A stretch of 64,000 nucleotides of DNA, taken from an uncultured virus (IMG/VR IMGVR_UViG_3300011361_000001). Lineage: Duplodnaviria; Heunggongvirae; Uroviricota; Caudoviricetes. Both the position numbers and the translations under genes were made by a program. The number at the start of each line of letters is the position of its first letter. Position 1 is the first letter of the stretch. This document shows, piece by piece, positions 56,192-64,000 of the stretch. The notes under the pieces were generated by a model, which was not told where the DNA came from, searched no databases, and worked only from the letters and a program-made list of their open reading frames with translations. The DNA is taken from IMG/VR virus record IMGVR_UViG_3300011361_000001, positions 62,001 through 126,000 of that record. The stretch is one strand, 5' to 3'.

Positions 56192-58693
56192 TCATTCAGG
56201 TACAGGACCGGTGGCGTCGATCGCTTCTTGGCGCATCTCTTCTGCAAAGGCATCGAGGCGTGCTTCAAGCATGACGTTATCGATCAAGGTGACCTTAGTG
56301 GGGGTAATGGCAGGCTCTTCAGCCGTTTCTTCATCCCACTGGCTCCAATCCGGTTCTGCTTCGAAGGTTTCACCGGAGAACTCGAACGCAGTATTGTTAG
56401 TGGCGCTGACCAACATGCAGTGAATGTCACCACGCATCCGATCACCACTTTCCAACCACACCTCCAAGTTCTCGCCTACATTCTTGATGTACAGAACATG
56501 GCCACCATCTTCACCGGTGATCACAACCTGCTTGGCTTCACGGTACGCGCCGTTTGAACCGTCAGCATCAACGAACTTAAGCAACGACGTGCTGCTACGG
56601 GCGTCATCTTGTTCATGTAACGAGATCACCGCCTCAAAGCGAGTTTCACGTGTGGTGAACAAACGTGTCCACGCACGCAGTTCCGAGTTCTCGGATTCAT
56701 AGCCTGGATATTTGACGCTCACCGGGCTGTGGACTTTTGCCAAAATGCCGCTTTCAATGTCGCTGTAAGACTTACCTTCCAAACGTGTCGCTAGAGGCGC
56801 GATATGAGTGGTATAGATGTCTTGTAGTTCAGGTACCGTGTAGCCACCGAAACGTTCAGTGTTTTCCGCTTCCCCGCCCGACACTGCCGCCATGATCTGT
56901 TCGTAGGAATACCCGTTGAGCAAAGCAGAGTCACTGGCCTTACTACCGTTGGTCATATAACCCAACAGTTTGGTTTCCAGCGCAGTAGTTGTTACCGCGC
57001 CCAACTGAGCAGCCGTGACCTGGTGTGGGTTATCGGTGCGTTCGCTGTGTTGTTGCAACAGGTTACGTGCAGCACTTTGCGCTACCTGCCACGAAGTCAC
57101 AGGCGTCATGTAAAGCTCAGACGAGGTACCTTCCAAAGCTTCGACTTGACTGGCAACACCGTAGTTCTCAACGTTACCCAGCCCCACTTGCACTTTCGTG
57201 ACCGCGTGTGGGTTATCCGTACGGCCTACGTGACTGCCTACTGAATCCCCAACGATGTTCTCAAGCATGGCCTGAGTCGTAGCAGGGGTCATAAAGCGGT
57301 TAGTGGCAGTACCCGCTACCGCTTCTGCACGTGTGGCAGTTGGGTAGTTGTCAACGTTGTTCAAACCCACCTGAGCTTTGGTTGTCCCGTGAGGGTTGTT
57401 ACCATCGTTGGTGTGAGCACGATACGAAGCCAGTGCCACTTCTTCAATCGCTAGACGAACACCCTTAGGCGTGGTATAGAGGTTGTCAGCAGTACCTGCG
57501 ACCATCTGGGCATCAGTTGCAATGCCATAGTTCAACACGTTGCCCAAACCGACTTGTGCTTTGGACACTCGGTGTGGGTTGTTCAGGTCAGAGATGTGGT
57601 TATTCATCCCTTCACCGACGTACTGGCTCACCATCTGGTAAGTCGACAGCGGTGTCATATAGCGGTCGTTACGGCTACCGGCTACTGCTTCTGCCTGAGA
57701 GGCCAGAGGCAAGTTTTCAACGTTCCCTAAACCGACTTGTGCTTTGGTCGTGCCATGCGGGTTATCAATGCGGCTGGTGTGTGCCGAGATAACAGGAACG
57801 ATGTTGGCATCAAGCGAGGCTTTGAGCCCGACAGGTGTCAGGTAAAGAACGTTGGAGGTACCGGCTGCAGCTTGTTCAGGCGAGGCAATACCGAAGTTTT
57901 GCACACTCCCCAAACCGACTTGCGTTTTAGTAACCCCGTGAGGGTTATCGTTACGCAGGGTGTGACCTTCCAGCAAAGGAGTCACGTAAGCTTCAACGAA
58001 GTTACGCACTCGAACAGGTGTCATGTACAGCGCATTGCTCGAACCGGCTACGGCTTCTGCAATGTTGGCCATCGGGTAGTTTTCAACCAACCCCAGACCG
58101 ATTTGAACTTTGTTAACACGGTGCGGGTTGTTGTAGTCCGCGACGTGTGAGGTACCGTTGGCATCGTTGGCGGCGTTGATCGCTTCTGTGATGCCGTTCA
58201 GTTTCGCAACGATATCTTTAGCGCCAGTCAGATCATCCAAGTTCCATTGGTGGTCAATGACCGGGAACTGGAAAGGTAGATCCACAACTTGTTCCCACGT
58301 GGTAATACGTGGGTTCATCAGCCGGTTGGACATCAGCTCGAGAACAGTGTTCTCATCATACACCCAATCGCCACCGATGGTCTGGTAACGAAGTTCAACC
58401 ACACCCGTCAGGCTGCGGTCTAAGTAGGTGATCGAGCCGTATACAGGACGACCAACACCGTGCGATGCTGCGTGGAACCAATGCGTGAGGTGGTAATCCA
58501 CCCCTTCGACCAAATCGCGACCCATACCGAGATGGCGAATACGCAGGTTGTTGCGGAAGAACGGTGCAAAGGTTGGGACTATGAAATTGAATTCACGGTC
58601 AGTTACCCCAGACAGCACATGCCGTTCATTAGGGATCACGTTGGAAGTCAACGAGCCCGTCGGGTCGAATGGATAAACGTAGGTCTGCGACAT
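56192..58693 (-). CDS. Tail fibre protein with NPH repeats
   Basis: Seven NPH...Q(V/I/L)G units. N-terminal YPFDPTG....N.I..E.H domain. Confidence 0.8.
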   Translation of the reverse strand: MSQTYVYPFDPTGSLTSNVIPNERHVLSGVTDREFNFIVPTFAPFFRNNLRIRHLGMGRDLVEGVDYHLTHWFHAASHGVGRPVYGSITYLDRSLTGVVELRYQTIGGDWVYDENTVLELMSNRLMNPRITTWEQVVDLPFQFPVIDHQWNLDDLTGAKDIVAKLNGITEAINAANDANGTSHVADYNNPHRVNKVQIGLGLVENYPMANIAEAVAGSSNALYMTPVRVRNFVEAYVTPLLEGHTLRNDNPHGVTKTQVGLGSVQNFGIASPEQAAAGTSNVLYLTPVGLKASLDANIVPVISAHTSRIDNPHGTTKAQVGLGNVENLPLASQAEAVAGSRNDRYMTPLSTYQMVSQYVGEGMNNHISDLNNPHRVSKAQVGLGNVLNYGIATDAQMVAGTADNLYTTPKGVRLAIEEVALASYRAHTNDGNNPHGTTKAQVGLNNVDNYPTATRAEAVAGTATNRFMTPATTQAMLENIVGDSVGSHVGRTDNPHAVTKVQVGLGNVENYGVASQVEALEGTSSELYMTPVTSWQVAQSAARNLLQQHSERTDNPHQVTAAQLGAVTTTALETKLLGYMTNGSKASDSALLNGYSYEQIMAAVSGGEAENTERFGGYTVPELQDIYTTHIAPLATRLEGKSYSDIESGILAKVHSPVSVKYPGYESENSELRAWTRLFTTRETRFEAVISLHEQDDARSSTSLLKFVDADGSNGAYREAKQVVITGEDGGHVLYIKNVGENLEVWLESGDRMRGDIHCMLVSATNNTAFEFSGETFEAEPDWSQWDEETAEEPAITPTKVTLIDNVMLEARLDAFAEEMRQEAIDATGPVPE

Positions 58694-58822
58694 TCCGCGC
58701 TCTCCAGAATTTAAACGAATGGTATAGTTGCTCCCTAAATAGAGAGTAAATTATTACACACCATATCATTGGCAGTCCCCCTCATGTCCGCCAATGCCGT
58801 CGGTTTTGAAAGAGGAACCACT

Positions 58823-60082
58823 ATGTACAGCTTTGTAAAATTGATTGCTAAAACACGCGGGCGTACGGGGACTTGGTTTGAATCCACTGAGGCGAATATC
58901 CCGGTTCGTCAGATCAGTAGTTTGTACACCAAGTGCTACCTCGTGTTGTCCAACCCGTTCTACGAAACACACCTGACGCTCGATTGTGCTGATGTCCAAG
59001 AACAGTTCGCTAAGGTGAGCAATACCCTGACCATTACCCAGTGGTTAGCCAGCTTGGGTGACGCCTCACTTCCGGTTACGCAGAAGTCGTTGAACCTTAA
59101 GGTCGACTACGTTAAATACAAAGACGCCTTACAAGCCGGTTGGAAACTCGACCTGTGTCACCGCACCGCTCATCCTTCCGTCCCGATGCCTAAGTCGAAC
59201 AAAGACGACGTTCGGATGTATAAGGAAGGGGTCACTGCACAACGGTTCTTGGATCATTGCTTGGTCAGTGTCAACAACCTGATCCATTTGGCAATCCACG
59301 GTGCGGATGAAGACGTACAGGTTATTGATGCAGGGGTCAGTAACCGCATCTATAATGACAACCACGTCGGCATCATGAGCTTTGACAAGATTGGTAAGCT
59401 CACCACGATCCCAATCACCGACGAGATGATTGCAGGCTTGAACGGTAAGAAAGACTTAGCTGACATGTGTGTGATTAAAGTGCCGGCTGAGTACGATGTT
59501 GAAAAGATGTTCCCGATGATTTCAATCGGTGGCTTCTTGCACACCTTGGGTTCGGTGTTCAGTTATCTGGGTAACAACACCTACAAGATCGAGTTCGGTA
59601 ACTTTGGCTGGGAGTCTCGTTACTTCGAAATGCTCAAGCGCCTGGACTTGAAAACCCTGCACAAACACATGACCCGCAAGAACGACAGCTACACACAAGT
59701 GGCGAATGAGGAGTTGTTCAGCGACGAGGTGTTAACGGCCCTACTGACCCTTTCGAATTCGTTTGTGGTCTTGGTCGATAACACGGATGTGGTGGTCAAT
59801 CATCGTCCTTTGGAACGTACCCGTACACCGGGTGTCTACTTAGGTCAAGCGTCTTCGTATCTACCGGCACTCTACAACAAAGGCATGTTGTACGACAGCT
59901 GGGAGATCACTGAGATGGATTGCGCAGTTATTAAAGGCAAGGAGAATTTCCGTCCGATGTATAACCACGAGACGACGGCGCTCTTTGAAGAACACTCCTT
60001 TGATGACACCCAGTACAGCTCAGAGCCTGATCGGTACTCGATGGCGTTTCAGTGGTTGATTGGTGCGGCTATATTTGAATGA
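58823..60082 (+). CDS. Probable virion structural protein
   Basis: About 419 aa, GAGGA RBS, located in the tail/baseplate region. Confidence 0.65.
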   Translation: MYSFVKLIAKTRGRTGTWFESTEANIPVRQISSLYTKCYLVLSNPFYETHLTLDCADVQEQFAKVSNTLTITQWLASLGDASLPVTQKSLNLKVDYVKYKDALQAGWKLDLCHRTAHPSVPMPKSNKDDVRMYKEGVTAQRFLDHCLVSVNNLIHLAIHGADEDVQVIDAGVSNRIYNDNHVGIMSFDKIGKLTTIPITDEMIAGLNGKKDLADMCVIKVPAEYDVEKMFPMISIGGFLHTLGSVFSYLGNNTYKIEFGNFGWESRYFEMLKRLDLKTLHKHMTRKNDSYTQVANEELFSDEVLTALLTLSNSFVVLVDNTDVVVNHRPLERTRTPGVYLGQASSYLPALYNKGMLYDSWEITEMDCAVIKGKENFRPMYNHETTALFEEHSFDDTQYSSEPDRYSMAFQWLIGAAIFE

Positions 60083-60120
60083 CGGCATACAGGGCGGGTC
60101 ACCCCGCCCTGTTTATGCCG
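60083..60120. terminator. Convergent terminator hairpin
   Basis: acagggcggg-tcac-cccgccctgt, flanked by CGGCATA and TATGCCG. Confidence 0.7.
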
Positions 60121-60765
60121 TTAATCGAGGTTCAACGGATCGGTCACGCCTTTAGAGATAAAGGTATAACCGTTGTAACCCGCCCCTACCCACGCTTCGT
60201 GTGAGCCGAAGTTATAACCGTTTCCGGTTAGGTCCCACTTCACGGTTCCGTTAGCCCGACGAATGCGAGCGTTTCGAAAGTACACGCGGTGCAAACGTAC
60301 TTCATCGTTCTCAATACAGATCGCCCCAGAACTGGCTGTCATGCCAGCTACCGGGTTCAACGAGAACACCCGTTTATGCCAACGTTGGGTGAGTGTTTGA
60401 ATGTTGGACGCAGGATGAATCGGTTGGTTGTTTTGGTCCCGAATGTCGAAGTGACGCATCTTCTCAGCTGGGAAGAAAAAGTCAATCCCAACCATTGCAG
60501 AGTTGGTATCAGAGTAGACTTCAAACTCAAAGGTGTCGCCTGTCTCAATTAACATCGAACCTTTCCACACGGTTTCGTAGGCGTAAGCGTTCAAACCGGC
60601 TGTGGTGCAGTTGGCTACAAATCGAAAGACTGGGTTGTAATCGGCAGTCTTTTTCCAAGTCCCACTGTTCTTAGCAAAAACTTGGTTTGCGGGGGTCCAT
60701 ACCCCGGCGCGCTTCAACCGAAGCATTGCGGGAATCTTCCACGCATTAGGCAGTTTAATTCTCAT
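60121..60765 (-). CDS. Putative fibre-tip protein with K..G.W N-terminus
   Basis: N-terminal K...AW / K..GVW / K..GTW repeats like the 40030-41642 paralogues, but a different beta-sandwich-like C-domain. Confidence 0.55.
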   Translation of the reverse strand: MRIKLPNAWKIPAMLRLKRAGVWTPANQVFAKNSGTWKKTADYNPVFRFVANCTTAGLNAYAYETVWKGSMLIETGDTFEFEVYSDTNSAMVGIDFFFPAEKMRHFDIRDQNNQPIHPASNIQTLTQRWHKRVFSLNPVAGMTASSGAICIENDEVRLHRVYFRNARIRRANGTVKWDLTGNGYNFGSHEAWVGAGYNGYTFISKGVTDPLNLD

Positions 60766-60835
60766 GGTGGTCACTCAGAAAAGGTTTCGGCACTCATACC
60801 ATTTCTGGGCATACAGCGGGGTTACCCCCGCCGCA

Positions 60836-61099
60836 TTAATCGATTTCCCAATTGCTTTGTCCAGTGGCTGCGTGTCCACAACTGGCTAAGTGTCCTGCCC
60901 GCACCACAGGAATCCCATTCCAAGTCATCCACGAAGAACCTTGAGCCATTACAGGCGCTGCGTGTGGGTCTTTACCATGACCTGCCACAGGATCGCCTAG
61001 CACCACTACAGGTTGACCGTTCACGGTAAACTCGCTCTGTCCCCCAGCTAACTGCGTACCGCCTGCGGTATCGGCTCCTTTGATGGTAATGCCTGGCAT
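60836..61099 (-). CDS. PAAR-domain spike tip protein
   Basis: NGQPVVVLGD...H....H...GS....NGIPVVRAG...SCGH. TGATG overlap with the spike gene. Confidence 0.85.
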   Translation of the reverse strand: MPGITIKGADTAGGTQLAGGQSEFTVNGQPVVVLGDPVAGHGKDPHAAPVMAQGSSWMTWNGIPVVRAGHLASCGHAATGQSNWEID

Positions 61100-61863
61100 C
61101 ACTTACCTCCATCGAACTTCGGTGTCTTGAGCGTGGTCTTACCCGGCGTCCAGACTTGTTTGGTTCCACCGACTGTCAGCGAGACTTCCTCATTGGCGAC
61201 AATGGCAATCTTTCCTGCCTTGAGTTCCACCTTAGAGGCATCAGCATTCTCCAGACAGACCCGGTTCTCCCCACTGTCAATCTCAATGGAGTTACCGATA
61301 TCGTCCTCGACCAAGAACGCTCCTTCGCCTGCGTTGATCTGTGCGGTATAGCGGAAGGGTTCACCATTACTCGCTGAGGTTTGTAAGGTGATGGTTTTGT
61401 TGTGGGTGGAGACTTCGAAGTAATAGCAGTTATCCAGATCCAGTTCTGTCTGCCCTTCGTCGGTCGTGGCACTAAAGGCAAAGATCACGGTCTCCAATTT
61501 ACGCAAGTGATCATCCAAGCCCATGGTCGACCAATAGTACTTGTCGGCGTCACCGCTGCGCCACAACTGCACACGCTCACCGCGGCGCACGTCAGGCGGT
61601 GTGAGGCGGTTGCTTAAAAAGGGCACCCATGTTGCCTCTACAACCTGATCGACCGGTACAGCGCTGCTGAAGGCCTTTCCTGAGGCATCTGTACCTGAGG
61701 CTTCTAGCTGTTCGGGGTTGGAACGGATTTCCCCGTTGGTCATGCTGAAGTCTTCAATGGGTGTGACCGAGATGACCCGGTTGATTCTCCCTGAACTGTC
61801 AGCCATCTTCTTGTTCTCAGCGACAATGCCGAGGGACACACTCTTAAAGCACGAGGCTTGCAT
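61099..61863 (-). CDS. Baseplate central spike protein (gpV/gp5-like)
   Basis: OB-like N-domain (A.W...NR.TPPDVRRGERV) and beta-helix-like C-terminus, adjacent to the PAAR gene. Confidence 0.7.
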   Translation of the reverse strand: MQASCFKSVSLGIVAENKKMADSSGRINRVISVTPIEDFSMTNGEIRSNPEQLEASGTDASGKAFSSAVPVDQVVEATWVPFLSNRLTPPDVRRGERVQLWRSGDADKYYWSTMGLDDHLRKLETVIFAFSATTDEGQTELDLDNCYYFEVSTHNKTITLQTSASNGEPFRYTAQINAGEGAFLVEDDIGNSIEIDSGENRVCLENADASKVELKAGKIAIVANEEVSLTVGGTKQVWTPGKTTLKTPKFDGGK

Positions 61864-61925
61864 AGGGCACCTATAAAAAACTATCTGATGTCATAAACTA
61901 TGTAAGGAACCTGGGAAAGCTTTTT

Positions 61926-64000
61926 ATGAAACTCTTAGAATTGCATCTTGATGGCTACAAACGTTTGATGCTTAATAACATCAAGCAATTCCGTTATACC
62001 CCCACTGATGTCTACCAGATTATCCTGGGAACCAATGGGAGTGGTAAGAGTTCTGTGGTCTTTGAAGCCTCCCCGTTGCCAGCGAATCCTGCCGATTTCG
62101 TTAAGGGGGGTCGCAAGTACAGCAAGTGGCTCCATAACGGTCGGATTTACGAACTGTCCTCAAGTTTTGTAAGTGGGAGTGCCAGACACTCTTTCTTAAT
62201 AGACGGTGAGGAAGAACTCAATCGAGGCGGGACGATCACCATTCAAAAAGAGTTGGTGGAGTCTCACTTTAATTACACCCCAGAGATTCACGAGTTGTTG
62301 GTTGGGGTGGATAAGTTCACCAGCATGAGTTTCACCAAACGTCGGGATTGGTTGACCAAGTTGTGTGACACCGACTTCAGTTACGCTTTGGCCATGCACA
62401 AGAAACTCGCCAGTGCAGCCCGTGACCACCAAGGTGCGGTTAAGCACGTCGCTAACCGGTTGACTGATGAAACCCTAAAGCTCAAAAGTCTTGGGGTCTC
62501 TGAGGATGACGAGGACGAGCTTAAGCTTTTGAACGAGGAGTTGAACCTTCTGTATATGGCGCGTGATGCCAGACCCCCGTCAGGCTCTCACCAGCGTCTT
62601 AAGCAGTTGGAACAAGAGGAAGAACAACTCGCTCAACGGGTCCTAGCCTTGCGTCAAAGCGACAGCGTGATCAAACGCTTTGACTCACTCGAGTCCTTAG
62701 GGGAAGCGGCTGAAACGGCGCGGTATAAAGTCGAAGCTTTGCAACTCTCGATTAACCACACCAGTAACTCCTTGGACGACTTGCTTAAACTCCAGTACAC
62801 GGTGCAGCAGTCTGGGGTCAGTGACGTTGATGCCGCTCGTCAAGAGATTCACCAGCTCCAAGATCGAAGCTTAGGGTTGCGTCAACAGATCCGCCAGTAT
62901 CAGTGGGACGGACAGACCGATGCCTTTGGTACTTTACAAGCATTGGATAACGCACGTGAAGAGTTCATGGCGATCGTTCAAGAGATCCCTGACAATGTGG
63001 GCATGCGCTTTAACCGTGAGTCGGTCACCCAAGTACGAGAAGCCACGCGTGAGCTTCGGGAGAACATTGCAAACCTTAACAACCGGATCAGTCGGGAAGA
63101 GATCAAGCTTGAGCACTTAAATGGGGTGTGTCAACAAGAGTGCCCCAGTTGTAAGCACCGGTGGTATCCGGACAATGCGGATGACCGTAAGGGCATGATC
63201 GAAGACTTCGTGGCCAAAGCACGGATCAAGGTGACGGACTTTCAGAAAGAGTTGGAAGTCAATGAGACCTACCTGACTGAGGCTGAAACCTTCAGTGGTT
63301 ACCTCACACGGTTCAAAGGTTTGGTCAATAGCTACCGGAGCCTGAAGCCGTTGTGGGATCGGATGGTTGAAGCCAATGCGATTCACGACAACCCCAAGCG
63401 TTGGATCAGAGACTACGGCCTCTTTGCTGAAGATGTGAAAGTCTGGGTCGAGCTTGAAGACGTCGACAAGCGTTTGCAAAAGCTTGAGATGGCGCTTAAG
63501 GCCATGGAATCGGCGACAGGCTTTGAAAGTCTCTCCACCCACATTCTGGAAACCGAAGGCAAGATCGAAACCCTGACCACCGAGTTGGTAGAGGCTAAGG
63601 AACATTACCAGAAGCTCGCTAAAGCGATGCGTGATGCTCAGGCTATCACTGAGGCAGGGGAACGCTTTAAAGCGTTACACGAACAAAAGCTGGGCGCGTA
63701 TGAGCAGCTGGTTGTGGAGTACCGCAACCGGGGTATTGACAACGTCATCAGTTCACACCAAGCCCGTTTAGGTACGCTCAAGTCTAAGATTACCGAGAAG
63801 CATGCGGTGGAAGGGTTGATCAACGACCTGATGCTCGACCACGAGCTGACCTGCAAGAAATGGGAAACCTACAAGATGCTGGCTAAGATCTTGTCCCCGG
63901 TGGATGGATTGATTGCCGAACAACTGATTGGCTTTATCAAAGCGTTCACAGACCACATGAACACACTGATTGGGAACGTATGGGAATACGACTTGAGCAT
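61926..64000 (+). CDS. sbcC: SbcC/Rad50-like ATPase, partial (runs off the window end)
   Basis: Absent from the ORF track. Reads MKLLELHLDGYKRL..., has Walker A GTNGSGKS, long coiled coils and an in-frame zinc-hook CPSC at 63141. Confidence 0.85.
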   Translation, partial: MKLLELHLDGYKRLMLNNIKQFRYTPTDVYQIILGTNGSGKSSVVFEASPLPANPADFVKGGRKYSKWLHNGRIYELSSSFVSGSARHSFLIDGEEELNRGGTITIQKELVESHFNYTPEIHELLVGVDKFTSMSFTKRRDWLTKLCDTDFSYALAMHKKLASAARDHQGAVKHVANRLTDETLKLKSLGVSEDDEDELKLLNEELNLLYMARDARPPSGSHQRLKQLEQEEEQLAQRVLALRQSDSVIKRFDSLESLGEAAETARYKVEALQLSINHTSNSLDDLLKLQYTVQQSGVSDVDAARQEIHQLQDRSLGLRQQIRQYQWDGQTDAFGTLQALDNAREEFMAIVQEIPDNVGMRFNRESVTQVREATRELRENIANLNNRISREEIKLEHLNGVCQQECPSCKHRWYPDNADDRKGMIEDFVAKARIKVTDFQKELEVNETYLTEAETFSGYLTRFKGLVNSYRSLKPLWDRMVEANAIHDNPKRWIRDYGLFAEDVKVWVELEDVDKRLQKLEMALKAMESATGFESLSTHILETEGKIETLTTELVEAKEHYQKLAKAMRDAQAITEAGERFKALHEQKLGAYEQLVVEYRNRGIDNVISSHQARLGTLKSKITEKHAVEGLINDLMLDHELTCKKWETYKMLAKILSPVDGLIAEQLIGFIKAFTDHMNTLIGNVWEYDLS

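Noticed and set aside
54312..58200. Regularly spaced DNA repeats as a CRISPR array or DGR
   Set aside because: The repeats are degenerate, in-frame protein repeats about 180 nt apart. No cas or reverse transcriptase genes are present.
61935..63956. Short ORFs listed in the last 2 kb
   Set aside because: They are shadows of the long + strand SbcC-like frame starting at 61926.

Overview
This window is a gene-dense, roughly 50% GC segment of a phiKZ-like jumbo myophage (probably Chimalliviridae-type). The assignment rests on motifs and recalled synteny only; no searches were run, so all phiKZ gp equivalences are inferences. Left to right it contains: tail-fibre genes; class Ia ribonucleotide reductase nrdAB; a DHH phosphoesterase with an adjacent HNH homing endonuclease; DHFR; a ~970-bp structured non-coding region; a DnaB-like helicase; the major capsid protein; a non-virion RNA polymerase beta-like subunit; a probable portal and other virion proteins; RuvC; a lysis module; fibre-tip paralogues; long repeat-rich fibres; PAAR and spike genes; and an SbcC-like ATPase that runs off the right end. 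The standout is an 11-kb minus-strand cluster (41720-52660) lying among the fibre genes. It encodes six radical-SAM/SPASM-like proteins, two 2OG-Fe(II) oxygenases, a JmjC/cupin and accessory ORFs around a 204-aa protein ending in CHSN-CHSD-CHSN-RGRR. This looks like a phage-encoded RiPP-like post-translational modification system that may act on a virion protein. Other notable signals are an HNH cassette carrying a synonymously recoded copy of its target gene's 3' end, a degenerate Hint/intein-like insertion in the NrdA active-site loop, a WG/Q-rich low-complexity domain, a recurrent TATGCCG motif at terminator hairpins, and one palindromic RBS shared by two divergent genes. No tRNA, rRNA or CRISPR array was recognised.
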